From contig NC_043008.1 in NCBI RefSeq assembly GCF_006345805.1, positions 75,826,001 to 75,890,000 of the forward strand: a stretch of DNA of 64,000 nucleotides, in the 5' to 3' direction. Source of the stretch: Octopus sinensis. Its lineage: Eukaryota. Below, piece after piece: positions 1 through 13,555 of the stretch. Each line of letters opens with the position of its first letter. Position 1 is the first letter of the stretch. The notes beneath the pieces were generated by a model. That model made no database searches and was not told the DNA's origin. It saw only the letters and a program-made list of their open reading frames with translations. A program made the translations under genes and the position numbers.

Positions 1-95
1 AGGCTTATAAAGAATAAGTTCCGGGGTCAATTTGCTCGACTAAAGGCGGTGTTCCAGCATGGTCGCAGTCAAATGACTAAAACAAGTAAAGAAGT
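1..95 (+). mobile_element. 3' end of tRNA-derived CORE-type SINE (family B, octopus OR2-like)
   Basis: AGGCTTATAAAGAATAAGT..GGGGTCAATTTGCTCGACTAAAGGCGGTGTTCCAGCATGGTCGCAGTCAAATGACTAAAACAAGTAAA matches the 3' tail of the complete copy at 52495-52910. Confidence 0.8.
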
Positions 96-1229
96 AGAAG
101 AATATATATATACATATACATATATATATATATATATATGTATGTATAATGTATCTAACCTCCTTGGCGAAGTTGCTAAAATTAATATTCATATGTACCA
201 TGAAACTATCACTGAGGTGCAACTGGACTAACAGGATTTTAATGTTTGGTATTTGAATTTTTATACTAATGATCATTTTCAATATTTTCACTGAAGCAAC
301 CTAGACGCGATTCGCAAGAATGGGGATGAATAAATTCATTTCTTGTTAAGGCTATTTTAGCGGTTAACTTTGTTGCATATATATTCATTTAAATATTTGA
401 GTAGACGATAAGAATTCAGAATCACTGAATATACTTGGGAATGAATTAAAAGAAAAGTTATTGTCTTTTTATTTCTTTATTTTATATGAAATTAGTAATA
501 ACAATTACAAAAGTATATATAAAAACAACATCCTGGTTTTTCACTGCTGCTTCTCATTTTTACATTTTCTGCACCTTTTAACACTTTCTTCATCACCTCT
601 CTTTATTTGATTTTTGACCCTGTGTTCCAGAAACTTTATATTGTCCCCTTAATCTATTCTAGATCCTTCAGTTGCAACTTACTTATTTACATTATCGCTT
701 ATGTAAAACAAAATAAACTATGTCAATCGCCTGCGTTCTAAATTGACTCTGTTTATTACAATGAGTTGAGCAAATGTCTCCCACCAGGATATTGCTTTAG
801 AATTCTGTATGAAACCTAGTACATGGAAATTGAACAAAAGCTCGTCAAATGGATCTGATTTGTTTGTGTAGGATAGACATAAGCTGAGATCTGAGATCTG
901 AGCGAATTTTGTAGAACCTAAACTGTGTTCAGATCTTACTTCTGGTCAAAAGAAGTTACCCAATATTTTGAGATGCTATTACTGCAGCAGAGTGTAAAAT
1001 GTTGTTCCATTTGCATGTCATTCAGCGAAGATCTCGACTTTCCTCTTCGCTAATTCATGAAATGAAATGCAATAGATAAGAGTTGATAGTTTGCAAAATT
1101 AAATGGCGTTACCCCAACATACGCATACATACACAAATCTTATATATGAGAAGGAGTTTAATCTTTGTTGTGAACTACATTTACCGAAATATCGCATCTC
1201 CTGATATACTCAACCACTACTGTTTTTCT

Positions 1230-1600
1230 GATATTTAATCACCCAACATTATTTCCGTTGCAGCAAACAACATAGTTCATATCCTACACTTAAACCTATT
1301 ATTTATTCATCTTCTCTGCTATCACAAAATGCTCTCACTAACAATGAGGTACCGATCTTCGATCTGATTTAACTACACCTCATTTACTCCACTACCTCCT
1401 TCTTTTTCTTTTCAAATACTTCTACAATATATCGTCATCGGACCTGAGACCTCAGTATTAAAACACCATTTATATATCTCTCGGGAATCCTGCAACTTCC
1501 ACAATATAGTACTGCTGAAATGGATTCTGTTTTACACTACTTTAGGTCTGTCTCCTTCACCGATATTGAGGCGTCAGTGGGTAGTTATTTCACATCTCAT
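1230..1600 (-). pseudogene. Possible heavily decayed LINE AP-endonuclease remnant
   Basis: Minus-strand translation with several stops (ISVKETDLK*..YINGVLIL..YIVEV) loosely resembles the 'QET..NGVGVIL..VVEV' segments of RTE/L2-type APE domains. Weak, by-eye similarity only. Confidence 0.2.
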
Positions 1601-3124
1601 TCAACGTGAACATTATAACTGGTACTGTAGGGACACCGTATTTTGTTATACAATCATAACATACAACAAATTATATTAAATATTGAAAGTCTATACTGTT
1701 TCTTACTGTGTTAGCAGTGCTATGAAATCACTTGTTAAGGTTTATTCTATATATTTTCTATAAAATTATGCTACTGATTTGTTTCAACGTTTGGTATCCG
1801 AATAGGTCTAATATGAAAACCAATGCTATCGAAGATGGGGAAATAAGTATTGGGTATATATGCCACATTTCAGGAGTTCTTGGTCCATCATCAACACCAC
1901 GGCCAACCACCTAATAATTCATTTACATTTATTCTTTTGTTCCTTATTCTTTGCCCTAGGTACTGGTACAGTTATTTAGAAATATTACAAAAAATGACGT
2001 TCTCTGTTAGGATACACAATCGGATAATAGTGCTGCCATGCTGAAATGTTCGTACTTGATATCATCTGAAAGATATAGACTTCAGTTTCACATTTCAAAA
2101 TTTATCCGTTTAGTTGTTGAAGTACTAACAGGTAATTTGATATATATTTTCAGGAAAGTAGTTATATTTTTATTTGTTTTTATTCAATTTGTCTTTATTT
2201 AATGAAAAGTTTCAATTTACCTAAAGAGCGGATACAGTATGATGGAAGTCTGTCATTTAATCTGTTGTAAACATCTCATTTAGAAGACATACAAAGAAGA
2301 AACATTGTCCAAGTAGTTACGAATTTCACCGTAGATTACTTGCTCGATAAAACAAACAAGCAGAGTTGAATTTGTTTTCCTTTGACACTCTGATAATGCA
2401 CATCTTTTAATTAACACCTGTAAATGTTAAATATACATATTGCCGGCTTCAGTTCGAGCAAAGCTGTTTATAGACCAGTTACCAACTGTGTATTTGTCAG
2501 ATATGTGACAGCTATTGGAACTTTATGAGGTTGTTCAAATAGATTATTCCTTAGAGAAATTAACTCCTCTTCTATCAATCGATTTCTATGATGATGTCTT
2601 TCATATTAGAAAGGACTGTTGTTATTGCCCCGATTTCAATTAGAATCTTACATTGGTTTCTTTTGATAAGTTAGGAAGCAGGGGGCGCAGGGCCAGTGGG
2701 GGACAGATACTAATGCGTGTGTTTGTGTATGTGTGTGCGGTGCGCGTGTGTGTATGTGTGAGCGTACATGTATGAACATGAATAGATAGGGATGATATAT
2801 CCAGGCAGATATATGTTGAAGCACTTTAGCTAGAATAATCCAAGTTCTGAGCTAAACCTGGAACTCGTATACACATGCACACACACACATAAATGCATAT
2901 ATAGACATAAGTACACACAATCATGCATGTATACATACATAGCATACACATACACTCACTCACTCGCACGCACACACATATAATTTAGATAATCAGAAAA
3001 CGGAGAAAATTTTTGATCAATAAACAAACAAATTGAACTACATCAGTAGATTAATTTTAGATATTTTTATTCCTTAGTCGGTTACTACAACCGCTAAATC
3101 TGCTTAGCTTTTATAAAAAAAAAA

Positions 3125-3166
<42 letters not shown>

Positions 3167-3747
3167 AGCAAAATTTAGATTCAAATGAATATGTTACTTA
3201 AGTTAGATGCACCAGAATTTTGTATGGTGTTATCCATATAAATCCATGGCGTGATAATAATCATAATAAGCAACAAGAATAACTTCGGTAATTTGGTACG
3301 ATCGTTTCGCACTACATCATTTTATTAAATGGTTGTAAGAATTTCAACAGTTTTAAAATTCTGAGCACTCATCAGCCATTAATAGAGGTTTTCCATTAAT
3401 ACATAATTTTCATATCAAGTGATAACATTATAGAGAAGGTAGATATATAGACAAAGATGTGGACTTAAATTTTAAGAACATTTAAGATAGTGGTGTTTAT
3501 CAACTGACTGAATAATATTCAGTTGCTCTGAACTGCTAGAAGGTTCTGAGAAGAATGGACAAATGAAAGGAGACAACAAAGGTTTTCTATTTATAGAAAT
3601 AGGGGTGAAATAGAAGTCAAAGTTCCATATAAAGAAATTTAGGTACGTAGAAAAGGATTGTCACATTACAATGCCAATTGGTAAACAGATTTAGCATTAG
3701 GAAAACTAGGTTAATGTCAAATGGTTATAATGACACTTATAGAGAAT

Positions 3748-3810
3748 GCATATATATATATATTTATGTATATATATATATGCATATATATGTATGTATA
3801 TATATGTATG

Positions 3811-3889
<79 letters not shown>

Positions 3890-3950
3890 ATAATATATAT
3901 ATATATATGTATGTATTATATATGTATGTACCTATATATATATGCATATA
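3748..3950. repeat. Compound (TA)n/(TATG)n microsatellite
   Basis: Directly visible; it generates the YIYI-type ORFs at 3678-4009. Confidence 0.95.
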
Positions 3951-4199
3951 TGTATGCCATTCTGTTTCTTTCAAGAGTTTTTGCCAATAAAGAAAGAACC
4001 GCTTTGTAACCTAGATCGAAGCCTCCTTCGGTGAAATTTCAACATCAACAACGGTATTTTTGTTTGCTTTATGTATGTATCCTCATGCATATAGTTGCAT
4101 ATCTATACATACTCATATATATTTAAATGATTAACTTCTGATTGGATCAGTAATTTTTGTGTTAGCTTTCTCTTTTCTGGTTTTGAAAAGCCTTATTTT

Positions 4200-4720
4200 C
4201 TCAAGATTTGTATTTAGGCAGTGCGTTACATATCCTGGGACCCCAATAATTACAGGTATAAACCTGAACCTGTAATCTGGATAGAGTAACAGCAGATTTC
4301 TCAATAGTTCAGCACAGGTGTTCTCTTTTTCTCTTCTGTATCCCGAATCATTATATCAGATTTTTTGAGCTTACATCTTATTAAGCATTTTACTGGTACA
4401 TTCTACCAGTATTCTTTTTTATTATGAGTGGCTATAGCTTCTACCATATTATGAGTTCTTATTTCTATGTCCTCGGGATTATCCCTCTGATGGATTTTAG
4501 TGTAGAGTGTCCTAGCTACAACTTCATGTCTCATCGGTAGATAATACCGTGATGGCATTTTCAGACAACTGCTTATGATGTGGGTGATATCTTCAGTGTG
4601 AACTCCACAAAGCTTGCACGCGTTGTCACATTTTATGGCTTTACCTGCATCTCTATCCCTTTAGTGCATCAGGTATTTGACTGATATTTCCTGTTCCTGG
4701 ATTGCAAATGCATACTCTTT
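4200..4720 (-). mobile_element. R4/Dong-clade (RLE) non-LTR retrotransposon, C-terminal fragment
   Basis: Translation EYAFAIQEQEISVKYLMH*RDRD..CDNACKLCGVHTEDITHIISSCLKMPSRYYLPMRHEVVARTLY shows the CCHC finger plus RH motif; a downstream KSDIMIRD segment resembles the PD..D restriction-like endonuclease motif. Confidence 0.85.
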
Positions 4721-6544
4721 AAAGTGGGTATGTATATATGTATTGACATGTGAATGTACTTTCTCACATTTTGTTTGTTTATATACACTTATTAGTCTCT
4801 CCATTCATTTTGTAGAATTAAAAACGTTTTGAATGAGCCCGAACACAAATCAAATTTTTTTAGGATCATTATATTCTGTTCATCTGAAATTCAATCGGTA
4901 CCACCCACCACATATGCATACTCAAAGACTACACTTTTGTTTTATATAATAGTGTTAGAAAAGAAATTACATCTCATGTTGATGATGGTAAACATAGATA
5001 CACTGAAGTCCTAGCACACTGATAACTTCATTTCAGGTAATGTATATGAAGATTACTGCTTGCCATAGACAAGTTTCGCTAGTTTCCTCTGGTTCTACTG
5101 CGTTATGGAACAGGTAGCTATTTCGTTCTATGAATTGTTAATTCTTTTCAAAATGTCAAAATGCAATCAATATGCATATGCACTGAACTGATAGTTATAG
5201 CATACAATGATTATGTACAAAATCATAGATACAGGTTACAACTGTGCAGTTTACAATTTGCAAAGTACAGATGTGGAGTGTGTACCGAAAACTTTTTTGT
5301 GTAGAGTCCATAAAAGTGCAATCTCGTGTACTATATTTCATTAATATTGACTGTAGATGTAACTTCTTGGCATTGTTGCTAGATAATTAATCCCGGATAG
5401 TTACTTCAAGTAAGGTTCACTTTAGAAATAATGTTTTAAAGTATTCCAAAAGAACTCAGATTCAAAGGTTCACAGTGATATAAAAATCACATAAAAACAA
5501 AGTAATATGAAATAGTAAACATTGTTATACATAGAATTCTATAGATTTCTGTATAATTACTAAATTAATTGGTGCATTCTATATATTTAAAAACATTAAA
5601 CTGTCGGTTTGTTTCAACATAAATTTATTTAATGCAGCTTTAGTTGCATATTTGATGCTTTTCCTTGTGTAGAACCTCATCAAATAGATTTTTCTCTGAT
5701 AGTAAATAAAATGTTAAACATTTTCCCTAATAAATTAAATGTTAAACATTCCCCTTTATTTATCTGATTGCATTATTTTTCGATCTACAAATGGAATATT
5801 CGTTAAACTTGATATTTAACATAAAATACAATTTGACTTTTACCTAATTAAATGTTTAATGTAGTTTTACATTATTTTTAGTTAATAATTTGAGCATACA
5901 TTGATACCTTACTTGTTAAATGGTTGTCCTTCAGAATAAATTATTTTACCGTGTTCATGAAGCAATTATTGATCATCTGTGAACGCATTTAAACAACTTT
6001 AAGCATATTTTGATTTTACTGAATTGTACTGGTGCAGCAAGAGTTTTCAGCGTTATTTGACTTTTCTAACACCGAAATACTTTAACTATTTGGGTTTTTT
6101 TTTTTTACTTATTGTCAATTTAATAGTCCAAACAAAGAGATTATTTCCACCCGACCCGAGTTGGCTAAAACTAAAATCGTAATATAAAATCACTACTGAA
6201 GGTAATAAAGGATAGCTTATGTGCTGAATTTACATATTTTACAAACAATTTTCATGCATACTTAATTCTATATTTTCTAAAGTATTACAACTAGTGTAAT
6301 ATTGTAAACTAAAATGAATGGTATGTACTTCAGGTGGAAAAGGTCTATTTATAAGAAAATAATGTTTGCATCCTACCTAGATTATGAAACAGACTGAAGA
6401 AATACATCTTCAGTTTCGAAAGAACCAGATTTCTTAATTGAAACCATATACTTAACAAGATCTTGTACAGTTAATATTCTCCTACTAAGGATTACGTTAT
6501 ATATGGAACTTCTGCCTTCTCGCTGTTGAATAAAAATGAATTAC

Positions 6545-6607
6545 TTTTTCACTATTGGTGTTCTTGCTATTGCCAAGTTGCCAGGCCTTTCTTGAATCAT
6601 CGAGGTA
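6545..6607 (-). CDS. Isolated candidate 63-nt symmetric exon (YLDDSRKAWQLGNSKNTNSEK)
   Basis: Acceptor ttttacttctaacttactccag with a branch-like CTAAC, donor gtaatt, open in phase 0. No homology recognised. Confidence 0.2.
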
Positions 6608-8194
6608 CTGGAGTAAGTTAGAAGTAAAATTAGATTGCTACAGGATCCTTTAGGACTAGCAAGAAAAGTTTAATTTATTAGCAAAACTTTCAATGTAATT
6701 CTCGAATTTTGAAAATCATCTTAAAGATATGAATGTCTATGTTGGCAAATCAAGTGGAAAATCGATCTATCTGCGTTCTTCAACTGATCAACTTTCTATA
6801 GCATGAACTTATCTTTGAAATTCTGATTCATCGATATCGAATTGGCAGCTCTCTAGTAAGTAATAATAATTTGCTTAAAATTTTTTTAACGTGAAGAAAT
6901 CAAGCAGTTATTAACATTCCACTTGGTGTGCCGCAGTCAATTCAACGTTAACTGCTTTGACACAGTGTTTCCGATTATACCGTTTGTGTATTCTTTCAGA
7001 CATCAATTAATATGTTTCACATTTATTCTTTCCAGATTTAAATTCCAGGAATTTAATTTCCAAATGACAAACATCTGTGGCTGTTTCACTATTGATTTTT
7101 ATATTTTATCTCAGCCACATTGCAAATCTTAGTTAAGTTCTCTAATATCCTTAATAGTACATCTGTAATATTTTCGTCACTTCTTTTCTACTCCATCGTG
7201 TTACTGGTTAATACTAAGCGGAAGTCTTAAACTCTTATTCCACTTTGTGCCATTCAGGTGGTTAACGAAGGGAAAAGATAAATCAACTTAATTATACTAA
7301 AACTGATATAAACTGTTGTTTCCTGACTTCTTGCATTACCCCATACTAAGTTTAGACTATCGTTATCAGTTTATAAATATTTCTTCCCAGTTTTTCTTTT
7401 CTTTTTTTGTTTTGTTTTATGCAAATTCTATGTGAAAGCTTTGACAGTTGATCTTATAAGTAGCATTACGATAAAATTACGAACAAATACCTCTCAATAT
7501 AACTCTATCCGCTACAAATTTTGAGCTCATTATTATCTGAATATTGCCAACCGCATTTCCGTTGAACTGTATAAGGTTAAAAGAGTACTTGCATTTCTAT
7601 TTTTTGTGTTAATGTGAACAAATCCAATAATTTTTGTCGTGCGTGAGCTCATGACCACTACATTAAACATCAAATGTTGAACGAAATACTAAGCGATAGC
7701 ATGTATTGCAACGAATTGCTGTCAAACAATTATTTTGTACATGAAAATCTTGAAATTTAGAACATCATTTTGGAACTCAGAAAAAAGAAAATTTGCTTAA
7801 AGTTAGTTTGCTTTTCTGCACAGCGTATGTTTTCTCTTTAATGGAGGAACAAGTGATTGAACAATTCCAATGTTTCTTTTAAAGTTACGTTCTCACTGTG
7901 ATGCAATTAGTAAAATATTAAACCTAAACACAGCAAAGTACAAAAACAGTGTCAATGCAACTGCCTTCAGCTCTTCCTCAACGCCTATTTGAACACGTGT
8001 TCTGTGATTAATTTACTTCGAAGCAGCAGATAACCCATAATGGCATTCGGTATTGTGGTGATCTTAAAACAATAAAATGTAGTTTCTTTTAAGGAAAATC
8101 AGCCTAAGATTTGTGAAGAAACCAAACATTTGATTTTAAGGATATAGTGAGCATGCTCATTTTTGTCTATCGTAATATATCAACCGTTTTCTCG

Positions 8195-8316
8195 ACTGTT
8201 TTTACGTTCTGAGTTCAGATTCCGCCGAGGTCGACTTTGCCGTTCATCCTTTCGGGGTCGATAAATTAATTACCAGTTGCGTCCTGAGGTCGATCTAATC
8301 GACTGTCCCTCTCCCT
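8195..8316 (+). mobile_element. tRNA-derived SINE (family C), partial
   Basis: TTACGTTCTGAGTTCAGATTCCGCCGAGGTCGACTTTGCC..TTTCGGGGTCGATAAATTAA; B-box-like GTTCA..TCC; the same sequence recurs at about 56280, 61320, 62297 and 63664. Confidence 0.75.
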
Positions 8317-8748
8317 ATAATAGAGTAGAAAAGAATATATCAACCGTCTGCTCAAAAGCAATGTTTTGAATCTAAATAGAACGTCAACATTTGTAATAAA
8401 TTCACTTTTATGCAACAATTAAATAGATAACTTTTAGACAAAGATTTAATCGCTAGATTTATAAGAATTTAAGCGATAGGCGTGTTTTACAATGATGTTG
8501 TGTATCAAAGTAATTAGCATATTACAATCTTTGAGCTTAATTCTTGAATTTGAGAAGGTTTTATCCTCTCCAAATCTATAGTAATTGATTTCCTATTGGA
8601 CAGATGACGTTCTATTCGTTGGTGGTGTTCGCAAGTGAAGTAGCATATCAAAAATGATTAAATAAATAAATCAGTCCCGCAATCAAGCAATCTCTCTGTC
8701 TGCTTATCTGTCTGTCTGTTTGTCCATCTCTGTCTGTCTGTCTCTCTA

Positions 8749-8795
<47 letters not shown>

Positions 8796-8974
8796 AACTA
8801 TCTATTTATCTACTTATATGCACGCAAACACACGCTCAAACAGACGTACACACACATATGTATGTATGTGTATGTATATGTACATACGCGTACGCGTGTG
8901 TGCGTCTCTGTATGTGAACATATGTTTCTATGTATGTATACGTGATGTGTGAGGATGTGAGTCCTCGTGCTTAG

Positions 8975-9240
8975 ATTGTTGCATTCACGATCATGCGATC
9001 ATGGTTTCGATTCTCACATTGAGTTTAGTTGTGCCCTTTAGCAAATCATCTCATTCCACGTTGCTCTGCGATTACTTGAACATCTGAAGTGTTTCACACC
9101 GTGCATCTGTACAGGCAATATCCATTCCATAGAGGATATAACCTAACGCACAACACAAACATTTGATCACTGAATAACGAATCATTTGTACAGGTTGGTC
9201 GGTAAGAAATTGCTGAACCCTAATCAGGTCGTCTAAGACA
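8975..9240 (+). mobile_element. Degenerate tRNA-derived SINE
   Basis: B-box-like GGTTTCGATTC followed by a GTGCCCTTTAGCAA..CCACGTTGCTC segment related to the copy at 62960-63290. Confidence 0.45.
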
Positions 9241-10506
9241 AGTGAGTCTAGAATGCACGTACGTATGTACGTATGTATATGTGTGTGTATGTATGTATGT
9301 ATGTATGTATGTATTGGTTATTTTCTCTGCTTAATTGGGCTGCTATTTATGGTTATTGTAGATATATACCTAGCTTCTCACACTTGTCTATAGTGCAAAG
9401 TGGTTAATGACACGTTACTCTGACCGAAAAACTTAAGCAAACAAGTTAAATGTATGGAAATAATTTTGGAAATCTTAAGAATGCCATATTAATAGGAAAC
9501 TATGTATGCCAAAATTTATTAAATAGAAAACTCGTTGCTTGATTTTACTGAAATACTTCTCTCAAGGAGATTCATTTTCTCGAGAAAATATTTTAGATAG
9601 ATTGTTATAAGGAAATCCCGAAATATTGCACTCGTTTCTTATGCAAGATGTAATTTGTGGGGATTAGAGTTAATCTTAATTCTACATTCGGTTCAATATT
9701 ATGAGGTAGCCCATCAGTTTCCACTCCGTTCATTTATTTAAAATTTGAGCACGGACTAGAAATTAAAATTTTGGCTATTCCAATATTATATTTGAGTTTA
9801 TCTCAATGTGAGCTTGATTAGGAGTATATCCACACATACACACGTGCGCACACTCCATGTGTGTGTGTGTACGCGTTAACAGGATTTTAACCCCGAATCG
9901 AATAGGACAAACCACTCCATATCCTAGTTATGGTACCCGTGTGAAGGGATTTTCGACTGGCTAACTTGTAAAGGATGCAGATTCGTATAATGTTTAGAAA
10001 TGGAATCTAAAGCTGTAATGATATCATGAACGCATTTCATATGTACGTTTTAGACAGTTGCCCAAATATGAAAGACGGAATCTAATCTGTTGCACAAAAT
10101 CTTCCTCGAAGATATAGCATAAGAGATTAAATACCCATTTTTTACTATTGCGCTTTTATCTGTAATATAGACGTGTTTGTGTGTTTGCGTGCACGTATGT
10201 GTAACTAGGGTATTATAAACTCTAGCATTGTTAGAAATAAGAGATAATATGGTCTAATGATGTAGTCAACATACATGTTGACATGTAGTAAACTAGCATG
10301 AAAATATATACACTAACTTAATGGTCCGCAAAATGCAATTAAATTCCCTGTTAGTGTATATATTCACATTCCTGTGTATTGACTACAACTGTAATGAATT
10401 TAGCTCTTATTTCTAGCAATATAGAGGTTTCTAACACCCTAGTCACATTTAAAGATAATTATAATTCTCCTTTTTGCTAAAACACTGCTGTTTATATCAA
10501 TTCTCT

Positions 10507-10537
<31 letters not shown>

Positions 10538-10539
10538 CC

Positions 10540-10540
<1 letters not shown>

Positions 10541-10595
<55 letters not shown>

Positions 10596-10618
10596 TACAT
10601 GTGTATTTGTGTATGTAT

Positions 10619-10657
<39 letters not shown>

Positions 10658-10705
10658 TGTCACGTGCGAAGAGACACGCGCACACACGAGACAGACACAT
10701 ATCTC

Positions 10706-10767
<62 letters not shown>

Positions 10768-10790
10768 TACATGTGTATTTGTGTATGTAT

Positions 10791-10829
<39 letters not shown>

Positions 10830-10877
10830 TGTCACGTGCGAAGAGACACGCGCACACACGAGACAGACACATATCTC

Positions 10878-10895
<18 letters not shown>
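10541..10895. repeat. Tandem duplication of a ~170-bp compound microsatellite unit
   Basis: The unit (TA)n(GT)n..GTACATGTGTATTTG..(GATA)n TGTCACGTGCGAAGAGACACGCGCACACACGAGACAGACACATATCTCTCAC appears twice, head to tail. Confidence 0.9.
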
Positions 10896-10916
<21 letters not shown>

Positions 10917-11674
10917 TATCTTTTCAGTTTGCCGTTAAATTATATCGTTTAAAGCTTTTGCTAGTTTTATAGCAATTGGGCTTATTCTGTCGCACTATTG
11001 AACTCTATCATTTCCTCCACCCCATTAGACTTCAGCTTTATTACTTCAAAAATGTAATACTTCAATACACACGATCCTGAAAACTTATATTTTCAAATTC
11101 TAAATAAAGAAGAAACATATTTTATATTTAGAATATTAAGAAATTGCAGTTTTATGAAATGGGTTGTTATAGAAGATAAGTATGGCAGTTGTATTTAGTC
11201 AGTTCTCAGATATTTTTAGATTCACGTATAAAACCACACTTATCAGATTAAACAGATGTCTTCTATAACTAAATATTACACAAAAACCGTTCTGTATAAT
11301 TCTATGGCACCAACAGTATTAGATTTTTTTCCAAACTTGGAATTTCTACATAATATCACGCTATGTTATGCATGGCTGTTGAATTCACGTTCAATCCTCT
11401 TAAACGGTGAAGAATACTTTTGACAATACACGTTTATTGTATCATATAAAAAAAGACTAGATGGCTTCAGCTGAAAGCTATTGATCATGAATCTTTTGGA
11501 ACACCGTCGATGGTATAGCTGGTGAATGATTAAGCAACAGAAACACTATTTCATATCTTTTTCCAGGTTTCAAAATCTAAGAATGCGCTTTTCATGACGC
11601 TCTCCATGCCGCTGTTGTTACTAAAACAAGTTAATACTTTCCGAGCAGAACCTTTATTTCATCTTGTTATTATA

Positions 11675-12967
11675 CAGGGTTTCCATAAAGTCTCTTTATA
11701 ATTTGAAACATTTCTCACAAAAGCAAATAAATAGATAAATCTGTGAAACTTATTACAAAATAAGGAGTAGATACTGAAGTTTTTGCCTCATTCAATATAT
11801 TTCTATATGGGCACTATTAGTTGCACAAAGTACATCAAGATGGTAATCAATTTCTTGCCATGTTCATTGTAGCACAGCTTTATCATTGGTCTCAATGGCA
11901 TCAGTGATCCTTTGCTTCAGATCGCTGATGTCCCGTATCTTTGTCCGATATAGAATGTCTTTAACATAACCCCATATAAAAAAGTTCAGGAGAAGTGATA
12001 TCTAGGGAACAAGATAGCCGGGGACATAGGCCATCTCTTCCAATTCAACGGTCTGGAAATGTCTGATTTAGGAATCCACGAACATGCAGTCCCCAAAGTA
12101 GTGGTGCACTATCCTGCTTGAATATGATGATTAGTTGACGGTCATCCAGTTGTAGTGCCACATACTCAATTAAAAGGTCCAGGTAAATATTTGCAGAAAT
12201 TGATCTCACTGATTCAAGTGCATATCATTAACCTTTGGACTATCTCGGTGAAGTTCCCTAGTTATATGGGCTTGTTCTGATTCCTAGATCATCACAATAT
12301 GTGGGTTCAGTTCCCCGAAACATGAAAAGTTGCCTCGTCATTAAATCAAACTCAGGTGAGGAATGCTGCATCCTCAGAAATTTGTTCCAGCATGTTAATT
12401 GCAAACGCTCTTCGCCTTGGTTTATCATTTGGTTCAAATGTAAGAGTTGCACTTTGTACTCATATAATCGCAAGTTCTTGTGTAGGACTTAGTGCACTCA
12501 CTGTTAAATGTGATAGCTATAACTGTCTGGCAGCATTACATATGGACTTTGTAGGAGAACTAGCAAAGGCTTGTATTATACTATCGATGTTTTCCTCAGA
12601 TAATTTTGGTCGTCCACTCCTCCTTTTATCGAACACTGTTCCTGTTTTCATAAATTATTTGTGTCTTGCACAAATTGACGGATATCATGGTAGATGCCTT
12701 ATATACTTGATCCTGTACTTTTGCTTGGCCTGCATGTCCGATTTTGTTTCAATAAACCACGATACACTTTGCGCCTTTTCTTCAGGAGTAGCCATTGTTT
12801 CATTTAACAGAATCTTTTCCATCAACAGAGTACCTGAAAAATACAAATGCAATGTGGTTAAAAACTTTAGTAACCACAGAGTACAAAAACAAATTTGGTA
12901 AACATAAACCATCAATTGCCTTTGTAATCATTTTTTGTAATTGTACAGAAACTTTGTGGACACCCTG
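11675..12967 (-). mobile_element. Full-length decayed Tc1/mariner, DD41D (rosa-type) transposase pseudogene
   Basis: TIRs CAGGGTTTCCATAAAGT / ACTTTGTGGACACCCTG flanked by TA. The pseudo-ORF 12795 to 11792 begins MATPEEKAQSVSWFIETKSD and contains QDSAP..FPDR*IGRDG..LDIT..WGYVKD, with about 41 residues between the second and third catalytic positions. It has stops and frameshifts. Confidence 0.9.
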
Positions 12968-13402
12968 TATAATTAAACTTCAAATTCAGGCGAGATCAGC
13001 TTTGTGTTTCATCCTTTGACACTTTCCTCAAAATTTCAGGCCTTGTGCTTTTAGTAGAAAGGATTATATAATTAATCTACTTACCCACTATTCTAAACAC
13101 ATTCGAAAATACTGGAGTGTAAATACTGGTCATTTATTAAGTACTTACAGTTGTTGGAGGGACAATTGTTAAGTACTTAACTTTCTTTGAAATGAAATCA
13201 TAAATATGCCCCAGTTAATTGATTACATGCAAATATATTTGAAATTTCCTAAACTATTCATTTCCATGAATATCTTTTTTTCTTAGCAATTACGTTTTAT
13301 GGTTTTCCTGAAAATAAAGAGGGGATAATAATAGCATTCTCCATTGTCGAATAATTAATAACATATCTGTGACGTAGTCAATTAACAAAAGTGACGTTAA
13401 GA

Positions 13403-13555
13403 GTGGGTGCTCTCTGCCATTGTACCAACACCAGAGGCGTGTACTTTGTATACAGTAAATATGAATGCAGAGAATACTCAGTAAACCAAGGTGTGTAGAC
13501 AAAGGGGGAGAATTGCAAAGTGTATAATGGCAGCAGAATGACCAGAAATAGCTTG
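13403..13555. repeat. Copy 1 of a ~153-bp ungapped local duplication (copy 2 at 14427-14579)
   Basis: GTGGGTG(C/T)TCTCTG(C/T)CATTGTACCA..ATACAGTAAAT..GAATACTCAGTAAACCAAGG..GTAGACAAA..GAGAATTGCA aligns without gaps. Confidence 0.85.

Noticed and set aside
2449-2643. Open frame with one in-frame TGA (possible selenocysteine)
   Set aside because: No SECIS or homology was seen; a single stop within about 60 codons is expected by chance.
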